Assembly (NCBI RefSeq): GCF_018350175.1
Contig: NC_058368.1
Coordinates: forward strand, 163,372,001 to 163,436,000
Origin: Felis catus
Lineage: Eukaryota
DNA length: 64,000 nt
Direction: 5' to 3'
Shown: piece after piece, positions 39,811 to 53,400 of the stretch
Position numbering within the stretch: position 1 is the first letter of the stretch
Layout: each line of letters begins with the position of its first letter
Notes under the pieces: generated by a model
The model's input: the letters and a program-made list of their open reading frames with translations, nothing else
Database searches by the model: none
What the model was told of the DNA's origin: nothing
Made by a program: the position numbers and the translations under genes

Positions 39811-41167
39811 TATTCTTAAATATTTTTTACACTGTCTAAAAGTAGAGATACTTATTTTTTTTCCAATAATTTTAAAGCATATTATTTAAAAAAAAAACTC
39901 ATGGGGCAATTTTTCAATGTATGTTTCTATTTCATTTTGATCTCACTATATTCCTGAAGGTAAGCCAGAAAAGTTTTCATGTTGATGGCAGGGAATGTGA
40001 ATGGTCCCTACTAAAGAAAAAAGGCCCACTGAGTCATGAAGTAGTTAATGCAAGCATACAACTTAACACATTGGGAGTTTAATTGGTAGTGTTTTAGATT
40101 TTCTTCTACTATGCTGTGTACTTTTTCCTGGCACATTAGCTGCTAGCACAGTTATGTTTTCCAAATCCAGACCCACTCAGCCAAATTACATAAAAGAACT
40201 AGAACATTTGTGCATTCTATAAGAATCAAAGTTTGAGTGAGAAAAAAAATAAATGGACTCACTGCAGCCTAAAATCATCAAAGAAATATTTTTATTTCTA
40301 CTGATGCAGAGGCAAAGGGTGACATTTTTAACAATTACTATTCATCCCATAATAATTTACTGGGTAGCTGCTGTGATAGGAATAGTACTAATCACTGGAA
40401 ATATGACAGTGTGTAAGAAATGAGAGATTTTTAATGTTTCCATAAAAAATTACATTTATCCCTTGCCACTTGTCCCCTCAGATAGTTTAAATGTACCATT
40501 TTTTTAAGAAAATCTTATAGAGTTTGATCATACTACACATAAGGTATATTAGAAGTGGGAAGTGAAAACTATTGAAGAGAACAGAAAACCCTCCTACTTT
40601 TTCAAACCAAAGGTAGCCGGTCATTATTCTTTAGGCCAGCTTTGTCAAATCACTATGGTATGGAGGTATTAACTAGTTTACAAGCATCTTATGTTATGAT
40701 ATGGAGAAGGCAGGCCAGCAAAGGACAAAAAGAAACTTGTTCAGTTAAAGAGCACACCCGGCACAAAGCTCAGAAGACAGTTCATTTAAATAGAAAAACA
40801 AATATAGTAAGATTGATAGGTCTGAGGTAAATTCACAGGAGTTTATTAGCCACTATAGGGAAAAAAAAAAGGTGGAACCTGAATCCAGTGTAGTCATCAG
40901 TTAGAAGGTGTGCCCTTAATACAGGTTGCTCCTTCAAATCCCAGTTCAACTTCCTACCAGATGTGCAGGTTTGTACTGTACCGTTGATTTCCTCATCTCA
41001 ACTGAAGACAGTAAGTATTTTGTAGAGATGAAATGTGTTAAATCATATACAGCAACTCAGCAAAGCAACTAGGTAATGCAAAGCTCACAAAAAATTTTAG
41101 CTATTACTGTTGTCATGTGCAGTTTATAAAGGACTTGTTTATCCTCTTATCTGTGTCAACAATAGGT

Positions 41168-41290
41168 AGGGTAACTGTACATCCCAGTTTTTCCAGAATT
41201 GTCCCATTTTATACCTAGTATAAATTTTACCATTACCCTTTTTCTTCTCAAATATGTCCCAGTTTGGGAAAGAAATTATATGGTCATCTT
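41168..41290. mobile_element. MER94/MER81-like hAT MITE
   Basis: agggtaactgtacatcccagttt...atatggtcatctt inverted termini. Confidence 0.6.
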
Positions 41291-41599
41291 AGCAGTGGGA
41301 GCCAGAATAAAATTAGAGAATACCCCTGAGAAGTATATAGATTGACAGAGCCGAGAAAAAGGTGGGGCATAAGCAAGGAGTGTCCAGGGAAGCAGGCTAC
41401 CATGAATCAGAAGTCAGTTCCACAGAGGTAGAACAGCTTTAATGCCATTACAGACAGATTTTGACGTTGAAGGCAGGGATGAAAATCCATTCTGAGGAAG
41501 GAGGGGAAGAGTCTTTAAGCACGCCAATCAGATGATAAGAATCCCAAATGAGTTCTGGTGGTAGGGAGGGAAAAAATGATGTTGACACATCAGCATTGA

Positions 41600-42200
41600 T
41601 GAATCAGTTGATTCACTGGTGAGAGAGGGATGAATCCAGTTTTCTGGATTGATGGACCCAAAACATGCTTCATCATCAAGACAGATACTATAAAAAGATA
41701 AAGTATGGGGAGGAGATTAAGAGCTCAGTTTAGGACAGGTTGAGTTCAAAATTCCTATGAAACAGACATCTAGGTGGAAATTTCCACAGGGTGGTTTTAT
41801 AAATCAATTTGGTATTAGGAGAGCTCCAGATATGAGGGTCATTTGTCTGGAGGCAGCAACTTAAGCCTTGTGAATGGCTGATATTTCTCAGCAGGAAGAG
41901 GCCTTAGCCAGCGGAGAGAAAGGATGCCAGGGACAGACCTCAGAAAACAACATTTTCATATGTTGGGCAGAGGAATATGAGAAAGCAAAGGTGACAGGTA
42001 GAGGAGATCTAGAAAGAACAATGTTAGAAGCAGAGAGTTTCTGAAGGGACTTTCAGCAGTGCTACATGCCGCTGATAGGTTAAGATGGCTATGGCAACTA
42101 AGAGCTCTTGAGCAACTCATGTGGAAGTCATACAGGGATGAATGAAGAAGGGGAATCAGATGCCTTTGGCTTCGGAAGGAGAGAGGATGTTGTGAGCAAG
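41600..42200 (-). mobile_element. L2 relic
   Basis: gagctcagtttaggacaggttgagtt...gacatctaggtggaaat L2 text; boundaries approximate. Confidence 0.6.
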
Positions 42201-42213
42201 GATGAAGTAGCCT

Positions 42214-42425
42214 TGCACGGTCCAATATGGTAGATGCTAGCTAGCCACATGTGGTTATTTAAATTTGGGTATAAATTAATTAAAAGTAAAATTAAAAACT
42301 AAACTCCTCAGTCATATTAGCCACATTACAAGTTCTCAGTAGCCCCACGTGTCTAGTGGCGTCATGTTGGGCAGCACAGGAACAGGGTATTTCCATTATC
42401 ACAGAAAGCACTGTTAGGCCATGTT
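42214..42425. mobile_element. MER3-like hAT-Charlie MITE
   Basis: gtccaatatggtag...ctagccacatgtggttatttaaattt...atttccattatcacagaaag. Confidence 0.75.
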
Positions 42426-45417
42426 GGAACTTGTAAAAGGAAAAGAGAAGGCAGAAAGGTCTGAAAGATAGACTGTGTCAGAGGAGGGTCTCCCTTGCTT
42501 CCATGGCCCACTCAAGATAAATGCAGACTGAGTGTGCTTTTATCCTGAGTCAAGTCTTTGGCAAAGAAGCTGAATTAGGAAAAGAAAAGAAAGCAAATAG
42601 GAAAGGCTCCAGAGGGTAGTGAGAGGGCTGGCATCCAGAACATTGGAGTAGGGATAGTTCTTTCTCCAAAAATAGACTTAAGAAAAAAAGAGAGAAAGCG
42701 CAAGTACAATTTACTTTGGCGAAGCGAGGAGGCAAATCACTACAACAGCCATAGTGACTTGAGAAAATATAGGGCTGTAAAGTTAAAGAGACCTTTTTTT
42801 TTTTTTTTTTCTGTTAGGAAAATCCCAATACCTGTATATGAGATAAGAACTGATTTTTTTTTAAGTTTAGGTAAACAATAGATGGAAACAGATGCATGTG
42901 CATGTTACAACTGGAATTTATGTCTTTTTTGCTGGTAATTAGCTACAATTTAGTGATACCTCCTTTATGATATACACTGAACTGGGCCTTGTACATTAAC
43001 TTCTTTAAATCCACCAAAGAATTCTTAAAGGTAGTGGTCATTGTCTATATAATGTTAAGGCACAAAATAGCTACTAAGCGTCAGGGTTGGATTCAAATAA
43101 GAGTGTGCAGTACACCCCAGACACCGGGCAGTAACAATACAGTGAAAGACCTGTGGGCCATATGTGCACATAGCTAAGACCCCTAATTTGATAGTCAAGG
43201 AAGGCTTCTTGGATATAAGTAACACCTCAGTAGGATCTGAAGGCTTAGGAGCTAGTTGGTTACTGGGGAGCAATTGTCCCAGGAAGAAGAAACAACATTG
43301 TAGAGTGACATTGAAGGAAGGGAAGTCCAATATGTGTGTAACATAAACTGAGGAGAAAGAAAGGAATATTGAGAAATGAGATTGGGGTAGAGACCCCACA
43401 ACTTGCTCCATTAATTTTCTACTCCATCCACTGCACTCAAGGTTAGATATACCTGGCACAGAAAAATATTTAACATCTGAGGATTCCATATTTCCACTAC
43501 CCCAGAAGCGAAAGAAAAACTCTCTAGTTTGTGCGTAAGAGTGTAAGAGATAGCCATCTAGTGGTCTCTCTCTCTCTCTCTCTCTCACATGTCATCTCTA
43601 TAAATGAGATGCAGCCCTAAATTTCATTTTCATAAGGCCAGTGCAATATGTATGCAGCGAAGCCTAATACATTGCTAAAGGTTTACTTTCCTCACCCAAT
43701 GATAACTGTAAATGATAATTTCAAAGGAACTGGAGTGCTGTGCATTTGATATTTTATCACAGCTTTTAGATTTTTACTGACAAACCTGAAGAACCATGCA
43801 TAGTTGCAAGTCTGTGTTCCTCCATCAATATTAGACTAATGACATGGATTCAAGTTTTAAAATTCTGGTTTTTACTCATTCCTGAAATAATCTTGTGTTT
43901 TATTTTCCATGTAAATGTTTCATTGCACAACAGCACATTAAACTATTTGTATTTAGTGTGAGGGCAGGTGAATTTAACAGTAATGAATTAGTTTCTTCCC
44001 TGTGAGGCAAAATGCCACTGTGGCCTAACAGATTTGGTTGAGTTGTAATTTGCTTTGTTCATTTTACTGAGATTGGCCCTATTACTTGGTAATTATTTTT
44101 TGATTGAAGATTTCACCTGGGATAAGCCGCTTTCATGGGAAAGAATTGAAAGCTTTGAGTCATTAAGCCAAGACTATTTGTAAACATGACAGGATCTCTT
44201 AGCATCATTTTGGAAAGACTTCGTGTCCCCTTGCACCAATTTTTTAATAATATATTCTTTAGTGGAATGCATCATAGCAAAACCGGTTATCATTTTCATT
44301 TACTACTGGTCATAAAAAAGATTTTGTAAATGTTAACTGATCATGCTGTAAATGTAATTAAAACTTAAGCAGTAAGACTCCACGGTCATAACTAATTTCA
44401 TTAGCAGCCCTTAGAATAGGGTGAGGGAAAAGAACTGAGTGTTTGTTCAACCTTGGGGTTTGGCTTAGAAGAGCAGATTTGTTTCTATCAAGAACGTAGA
44501 CATGTTTCCGATTCACATAGTTGATGTAAATGGATTTAAAGCCATAGATGTAAATGATAAGGATTAAAATGCTTTGTGAACTTTCCATAGTCATATTTTA
44601 TATCTCTCATAATGTTTTATAAATAATATTGTCTTCGTGATATCGGATGATCACATCCAAGTTTACTTTTTAGTACAGAAGGGCATGAAATACATCGTGA
44701 TGAACCATTCCAATGATATTAGTTTGTTAAAATCTTTTTTGTTTGAAACTGATTTGAGGTATTCTTTTTTCACAAAATTATTTTTCTGGAACTTGTTCAT
44801 TTCTTGTCTAAAATGAACAACTGGAGCTACACACAGGAGCACTGCTAACAAAATAATAATAACAAAACATGGGTGTTTTGCTTGCTAAAGAAATGCATAT
44901 CTGTTATGTTTCTTGTGTTTTATAGCATATGCTGAAAAAATATACCTTTAATTTCTTGTGCATTATACTTTAATAGGCTTTTAAAGACAACTTCAAAGGG
45001 TTTTCCTTGAAGGTAGCTCTTTTCTGATGTAGCTGTTGATCATATTTTTAGAAATCTGATGAACTGTAACTTCCAAATCAACCCGACTCTACTGTGAAAA
45101 CCATTTACTGAAACATGCCATGCAATCACATGCACATCGTTTTGTTTCCACTAATATGCAAATAGAGGTTATCTGGTGTTATTGGCTCCTGAGATAATAG
45201 AACGACATAGGTGGTATATAAAATGAAATGTGAAGCCTATTATTTTTTTCATTGTTCTGGAAAATCATCCTTTTTCCCCTGATGCTTAAACATCTGAGAG
45301 CAACCTTCTCTCACTTATTATGATGAATCAGGCGATGGTATTTTTAAGGCACAAAATTTTGTAAATTTTGCAATCTTATCAACCCTCCACCCCTTCTCTC
45401 TTCTCTTTTTTCCACAG

Positions 45418-45741
45418 GTGATTTCTATTCACTACTTTCCAAGCTGCTAGGAGAAAGGGAAGATGTTGTTCATGTGCATAAATATAATCCTACAGAAAAG
45501 GCAGAATCAGAGTCAGACCTGGTAGCTGAGATTGCAAATGTAGTCCAAAAGAAGGATCTTGGTCGATCTGATGCCAGAGAGAGTGCAGAGCACGAGGAGA
45601 GGGGCAATGCTATTCTTGTCAGAGACAGAATTCACAAATTCCACAGACTAGAGTCTACTTTGAGGCCAGCAGAAAGCAGAGTTTTGTCATTACAGCAGCC
45701 CCTACCTGGTGAAGGCACCTGGGAACCCGAACACACAGGAG
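45418..45741 (+). CDS. PAM: PAM optional exon A (rat exon 16 equivalent; 108 codons, GDFYSLLSKLLGERED...VQKKDL...WEPEHTG)
   Basis: Long pyrimidine tract ...tttttccacag|GT, donor GAG|gtgcgt; 324 nt, symmetric phase 1-1 so skippable in frame (PAM-1 vs PAM-2); KK dibasic cleavage site present. Confidence 0.97.
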
Positions 45742-45811
45742 GTGCGTTTAGGGCTTCTTTTAAAGAACAAACTATGAAATGCTACAATCCACATTAGCAA
45801 AATCTGAAGGG

Positions 45812-45817
45812 AATAAA
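45812..45817 (+). terminator. Candidate intronic poly(A) signal for a PAM-4-like isoform
   Basis: AATAAA 14 nt after the read-through stop TAG (45795-45797); GU/U-rich tract at about 45900-45930. Confidence 0.5.
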
Positions 45818-46857
45818 AATGAATGGGTGAAAATACTTATCGATAAAAAAAAACTCATCAGAAAAAAACATTACTATGATTTGGGTTATCAGATACCACC
45901 TTTGTTTGAGGTTTTATTTTTGTTTTGGTCCAATACTTCATAAATTCAGCTTCTGTTCAGTTGATGAGCCAGAATTACCGGGACCAAAAATATCTAGATC
46001 GTGTTCGGAGAGTGGCATGTGAAATTCAGCATAACAAATTCTTACCAAATCAGTATTCTCTATTTTGCTCAATGCAAAGAAACTGAAAATTCAACACCTG
46101 ATCTGTAAAGTCTCAGTGTATGAAATGCTTATATGCTACCTTCTTTTAAGGTAATTAAGGTCCTCTCAAAGGAATCTCCTATTTCTCGGCATTCTTTTCC
46201 AATTGACTTGTAAAATATAACCATTTTTATGATTTTGATTTCTTAAGTTCCATTATCAATTACTATCTTAATTGAAAATTTAGTTTAGTTTTTTTTTTTT
46301 TTTCTTTCCTGAGGGGACCTCCAGCAACTCAGAAACTATCAGATTTATCTTTATTTCTAACCAGGATTCCTCTGGTTATGGCTTCCATAATTAGAGGACA
46401 ATACCTTATTCCCTTCAGGTTTCTGTACCAGCAAGCTATGGATGCCTCATCTTTGTCTTTAATTGTATTGTGGCCTCTTTCATATTGATTGTGTTTCATG
46501 TTACTTGCTAATGTGGAAAGCCAGATAATACAGCATGTGGAGATAATCTCCAAAAAAGTAACAGATATGGGTGCATGGCAGCTGTCCATGCGTGGGCTGG
46601 AATGGCTCAGGCTGCCAGCTTGGTGTTTTCAAATACAGCTTTGCAGTAAGCCATAAATTATTCAACACCCAGCTGATTTTTATTTGTAATTGAAAAAAAG
46701 TTAGCATGTGGTGCCTTTTGCTCACACAGAAGTTTCAAGCACTGTCCATTGGGTCTGGTCTAATACTTTCTACGGGGTGTTCTGGGACCCAGTTTTTTAC
46801 ATCTTCATACTTAAACAGAGTCAGCCCTGCTCTAACTCCTAAATTTATCTAATGAAA

Positions 46858-47045
46858 CTATTTCTCAAGAGGGTTTCCTAGACTCCACTGCATTAGAATC
46901 ACCTCACCTAAGGTGCTTGTGAAAAATCTAGACTCCTGAATACTACCTAAGAACAACTGAATTGACATTTCCAAGGGTGGTGCCTGGAAAATCTGCAGTT
47001 TATCACGTCCCTATCCATTTCATAGACAGACTTGAGTGTCTTTCT
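46858..47045. mobile_element. MER5-like MITE
   Basis: ccactgcattagaatcacct...gtgcttgtgaaaaatctagactcctg. Confidence 0.55.
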
Positions 47046-49149
47046 GAACCTCTGTATTAAGGACAGCAGATGGCAACCTATACGACATGAAAATATAAAA
47101 GGCAGAAGGGCTTCTTTGGCAAGAGTACAATTCTATTCAAGTGCGAAATGTTAGCGTTGCAATATATTTTATCCCATGACTTCTCTTTGTTACCTTGGAT
47201 TTGAAATAACATTGTGGTTCTTATAATTTACCTATAGGTATCATAAGTATGCATGTAAAAATCATAGTTTGACTTAAGGCATTGTATTCCTAAAACCTAG
47301 TTAGCTTTTCTAAGAAAGAAATAGTTAAAATACCCCAAATACATTTACTTGCCAGATCTCATACCTTATAGGGTGTTCAAAATGGCAGTGTCCAGGAGTA
47401 AAATGTTGCTGCAGGATCTGGGTCAGGAAATTTCCTTTCATTTAAAATATGTGGGTAAACGTCACTGAATTAAATAAAATGATGAGTCATAGAAACATAC
47501 AGCACAAATCCTCATTATAGAAAGAAAATGTGCCTGTGTTTCCTTTCTGCAATGATTTATTTTAGTGTTATTTCACTACTCTGATTCAAAAACCTTTTAA
47601 ACGTTAAATGTAAAATAGCAAAATTCATATTTAGGTAAGCTATTTCTGAAAGTCTTTTTCTTTTCACCCTTCTGTCACTGTTTACAGCACAATATAAAAC
47701 CTAACCTTAATTGAAAATGTTTCATTCCTTTGTGTAAGCCAGAGAATGCCCTATCCTCAGGAAACTTCCATTTGCAAAAAAAGAAAGTAGGCATTATTAG
47801 CATGTAACACCCTGATAAAATACATTAGTAGTCTAATTCATGTATATTTCCCAGGGTATGAGCAAGGGGGATAAATTTGATGGATAATCTCCCATTGTTA
47901 TTCTCATAGCCTCTTCTTTACTTCAGACAAAGCTGAGAAGGGGACCCTATAATAGTCAGGAGGAACTGTCTCCCTAAATGCCTAATTTGCTGTAAGGAAT
48001 TATATTACCTTCAAAGAAGAAGGTAGTTTTTCATATGAGATTATTACTCAAACAAAAATGCGAGGCTATGGTGTTGCTTAAAGTTATAGCTCCTACTCAT
48101 TTCAGATGCCTTTGAGACCTATTTTAATTTTTAAATGAAGAAACTGAAGCCTAGAGAAGTTAACCCATTTCAGTGAGGTCACAGAGTGTGAATTTAAAAC
48201 TTGGACTTTATAACTGAATTTAAAACTAGAATGCACACTTCCTAGTTCTTTACACTTCATTACAGTCTTGCTCAAAACACTGAGCTAACTTGTTCGCCCA
48301 GTTCAGATATGCCTCCCTGGAGCTCTGGGCCATCACTGCTGACAAGCTGGAGGCTTCCACTCAGGACTCTGTTCTAATGTCCACAGTTCATGGCACTAGC
48401 ACAATCCAATACAGGAGCATTTTATGCCACAGCACTTTGGATTTCATTGACTGGACCATACTTTGGAACTACAATACAGTAATGTATCCCATCCAGCTGA
48501 TTTGAAAGGTCACAGGTGAAATTATTGGATCGGCTCAAAAATCTGGATGTGACTGTGTGTGGTAGGCCCAGAACTACCTCATGGTTTCAAAAACACCATT
48601 TTGTGGACTTTTAGATTTGTCTGAATTCCGCTTAGTTCCATACCTTGGCAGCTAGCTGCCTTTAAACTTGAATCCCCACCTCATAATGGGATGAGCATCA
48701 TTGGACACAGCTGCATGAAGAGCACAACCAGAATGACATTTTCCATCTTTGCTATGAAGCCTTTAGCATTCCCGAGAACAAGATGGTTAAGTATTGTGTC
48801 TTCAGCGTGTCTCTAAGAGCACAAATAGCACCTCTTTCTAAGTCTTGTCTTCATGACCTGTGGTGAGTCTGTCCTGAAAACTCTTGTCCCAACCGTTGTG
48901 AGAACAACATTAGAAACAGGGAAATTTCCCGGACAGGTGCAGCTAGACTAGCACAGAGGTTTTGCAACTATTGTTGGAAAGGACGTGCCTCACATAGGAA
49001 GCTATAGCTGCAGTCTCCACACAACGTACACACATGCATGCAGACAACACACACATGCATGCACTGCGCGCACACGATTCAGCTCACCCCAGAACAGTTC
49101 TGCATTTGGCCAAAATAAAATCTGAAAACCATGCCACGCAGGTTGTATG

Positions 49150-49410
49150 CTGTGGATCACTTCAGACTCTGGAGCCTGACTTCCTGGCTTTGAATCCTAA
49201 CTACACCACTTATTATGTGGTCCGTAGGAAAAATTAGAAAAGAAATTCTCTGGGTTTTAGTTTTCTCATCTGTAAAAATGAGGATGATAACAGTACAGTC
49301 CTCATAGGGTTTTAGTGAGGGTCAAATAATACTTCTATGTATGCCAGGTAATGCATGGAAAGGCTTTGAACAGTTTCTGGCACACACAAAGTATTAAATA
49401 AATGTTGTAA
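49150..49410 (+). mobile_element. MIR
   Basis: agactctggagcctgacttcctggctttgaatcc...ttttctcatctgtaaaaatgaggatgataa. Confidence 0.75.
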
Positions 49411-50164
49411 TACATTAACAATACATATGATTATAATTGCCACCGTTAACATCATGTCGGATTAGGATTTCAAAATTTTAAACACCAAAGCAATAGGAGT
49501 AAATGTTAATTACTATAACTTAAGCAGCACCCATGAGAGAATTTTCTTGGAAAGTGTAGGAAAGCTGTAAAATTTGGCACTCTAATTTGATAAATTCAGA
49601 AAATGACTTGGCAGTGTTCTGTCGTAATGGCAGTGTGTGGCTCTCAAATCTCTGATCACTTACATTGACCTGCCTTGACGTCTTCCTGTGATACATGATG
49701 TACAGTGTGGAAATATTCGACTAGGTAAACTGAGAAGCAAATACACTCTTTTTTACACCTAACGTCATTTGTTTTTTTACCGTTAATTTGATATTTATAT
49801 TGAGACAATATTCGTAGGATAGGAACAAAATCCTAGTCTTTATTCTAGTGGCCTTCTGGAAACCACACTCACTGAAAAATAAATCTAAAACTATATTCTC
49901 AGTGGCAGATTTGATTGGAATGCTATTTGCTAGCATATGGAAGCCTGGCTCAGCATATATTATATACCTGTGAACAGAAAATAATATCTGCATGTGTGTG
50001 ATGCTTATCAAAGTATTCACAGACTCTTAATCAACTCAGAGTCTATATTTCAGTCATATGCTTACCTCTAGGTTCACATCTTATAGAATTACCAGGTAAA
50101 ATAAGGCATTCAGTTGGCCTAAATTTCATCCCTGGAGGGAAGGAGACTAATAAAGACAAACATA

Positions 50165-50345
50165 TACATAGCCCTCACTGTGAGCCAGGCTAAGTGTTTT
50201 AGGTGCATTAACTTATTTAATCCCCATAACAACCCTATTTATAAACCCTTTTAGAGAGGAAGAAACAGGCACAGAAAGGTTAAGTCATGTGCCTAAAGTG
50301 CCATAGCTGAAGGAACCAAGATTTGCTCAAGTCTTGGTTTTAATC
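50165..50345 (-). mobile_element. MIR
   Basis: gaaacaggcacagaaaggttaagtcatgtgcctaaagt. Confidence 0.7.
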
Positions 50346-50377
50346 ACTTTGTTATTCTGCCTCACAATAATATAAAA

Positions 50378-50378
50378 T

Positions 50379-50450
<72 letters not shown>
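50378..50450. repeat. Compound (GATA)n(GA)n microsatellite
   Basis: Direct reading. Confidence 0.96.
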
Positions 50451-50453
<3 letters not shown>

Positions 50454-53400
50454 GGCAGGCATGCAGGAGGGAAGCATGATGACAGGTTTTTTTCCCAATC
50501 ATCCCGTCATCTCATCTACACTTGTAGTAACTGTTGGTGTAGATTACTTTTGATCATACTTTCTCAGTCAGCATCCAAACATTTTGACCAAGTCGAAGAT
50601 CTCATTTGCAATTAAATTTTAAAAAGAAAAGAAATTCTGCTAATGCTTTTGGCCCCTATGTCTAAATTCTCTTCCTCACTTCATCCTCATTAAATGAAAC
50701 ACTGTAATTTAATCCTTGTTTTCTTTCTGACTTGGTTATAAACATTTCTCATCTGTTTTCAGTTAATTATCATTATGGCCGGCACTTCTGATGAGTAACA
50801 GTCTCTGCCCAAAATAAGTCACCTTTCCTCACTAGATGAGAATTCCCAAGTGTAGAAAAAGCAGCCATTACATTTTGTTCTCGTTGAAGTCATCTAGTGA
50901 TTTCACTAAAACTAATCTTTTAATTACGTAACACTGAAGTCACAGCTCTGGGTTTAAAATTAGATTTTTTCTTAACTTTACTTAATTCTGTCATTTCTTC
51001 TGTAACACAGATAAATGAATGCCCTTTTAAATGCATATTAATAATTTCATATGAAAGTAGCATTGATCACTACATTAATCTTTTTCCTGGAAAGGTATAA
51101 TTCATTAATTCTTAGTGATTTATTGATATAATTTTAATAGTAATGTTTATTTTTTTCTGAAGGTCGTTAACTTTTTTTCTAAATATATAGAATATGAGGC
51201 TGCACATTGACCTTTATAATGAGTGCAAGAATTCCTCCGAAATAATCCTATTATTTGACATCTGAATTTAGAGCAGCTGACAGAGTTGGGAATGGCTTGC
51301 CAAATGTCATGCGTAAGAAATTTGTATTAATTTTCAAATTAAAACTGAAAGGCTACAACATTAGTCATATACTGAATCGCCTCTTAAATGAAAGCTAAGA
51401 AAAATCTGAATTCTTAATTTTTAGCTTCTCCATGATTGAAAAAGTTAGGTTTAAGTTAGAACCCAAATATATTTTATCATGTAATTTCTTTAATAAGGAT
51501 TTGAAATAGTTCTTAATTGGGGTTTAGAAAATAATCAATCTTGACATTGACAACTAAAGTCTGGCCCAAGCCCACAGTTCCTTTCCTGTGAAGTGAGAAA
51601 ACGACCTGGGATGACCCAGTACTGTTCTGACATTCTATGACTCTCATGTAGTGACAGGCAGGAATTGGAGAAACATGTTATTGACTCCATCCATATACCT
51701 AGACCACTAGTCCTAAAAGACTGCTTTGAATCTTGATCATCTAATCTTAAAGGGAACAGCTTTTAACCACCTAATAATGAAAATGATGGTGACACTGGAA
51801 GCAAAAACATCAATTAACTGAGCTAATGTTCACAGAGGAGACATGAACTCAGTTTTTCTGTAACTATTTTACAATTTCTAGTTAACCTGGAGACCTAGAT
51901 CCTAAGAATGTTGAGGTCTTGGGTTGGTAATCTTAAAAGTGTGTGATGGTATTTTTAAATGAAATTTTAAATAGTATAACCTCTCTAAAAATTTTGCCAT
52001 GCACAAAGTAGTTCTCCTTTGCATTGACTCAGTACTCACAGTGTGTATATTTCTTCTTATATATTTCCTTACATATTACCTTTACTGTTTTGAAAATTCA
52101 CCAAACCTATACATTTTAATAATATGTTCTATTTACACTATTTTTCCTTCTTGAAAATTTCCAACCAAATGGACTCTCATATGTGACAAAATAAGCTGTT
52201 AACAACCTATCAGTCAATGCTTTTAGCAGACTTTTGAGTGCTTACCAATCTAAGGTCATTGGTAATTGGGGTCATTCATAGCCAGTTTAAAGTTGATTGT
52301 GCAGTATTTCCAATAGTTAATGAAACTCACACGTGTCCCGGTTTGTTTATTTTGGACGCTGCATCTATTTTTTATCAGAATTAGTATCTCTGGACCTTCA
52401 TGAGCACCTAGCTTCCAGTACCTGCTGGATGAACCACTGAATAGAAATGTTCTAGGAAACATATGTTTATTTTCTTTAATAAAAATGATTAGCCAGTTAG
52501 CATTTTTATTGAGTCTCTTAACGTCTTCAGCAGTGTGGGGAGTAAAAAGAGGTAGTACAAGTGAAATATAAGATTATAAGGGTGCTTAAGTGCTGGTTGA
52601 CAACATAAATAAGTAGACTGGACCACAGCATTCTGTTTAGTGTATTTATTAGGCCATAACAGGCAGCCAGGTGCTGTGTTAAGACTTTACAACAAATAGT
52701 GAATACGACACGATCCCTGCCCTCAAGAAGTTCCATCTGGGTGCAGTAGTTCTGGGCACTGAGAATCTGATGAAAAGCAGCTAAATATCTGTGTTATCAT
52801 GAGGTTCAAGGTTGCCTTGAAGACCATCCGGACTCTTCAGGAGCTGATGAATGAGCATCGAACAATGACCACCAAATGGACAAGCTGTAACGGAGATGGG
52901 AGTGAATGACATACAACCTGAGAACTTTAAAATAATTGAAAACATTTTCTTTGGGGGATGATTTATCCATCTGTTGATCTATCTAGACATCTCTAATTGT
53001 CATGCTTATACCACTGCTTCCAGATTTCACTTTCAAAAACACAGTTTTAATCATGCCACCCCATGCTTAGAAACCTTCAGTGGCTACCAGTCGCCTGTAG
53101 CAGCAATTTGCATCCTTTTTTCCTATTATGACAAACGTGATAGATGATGAATGTTATTCATCTGAGCAGCCCCATTCACATCCACTGCTGTGCCCAGAAT
53201 TGTTTGCAAATGTAAGCGTGCCAGCTGTAACTCTGTCCCCCTTCTCTTCAACTCAAGAAGGCGTATCAAAACACGTGAGTGAGAATGACATTCTCATGGG
53301 CCCTAATATATTTCAAAAGTAAATTATTCCAAACTCTGTGCTTTACTGATACTAATAATATACTTGCAGCATGCCTCAAAATTAATCTTCGTATAGATCA

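Noticed and set aside
43055..43588. Longest ORF (177 aa, minus strand)
   Set aside because: Begins in a (GA)n microsatellite, has no recognisable domain and is antisense in an intron; probably chance
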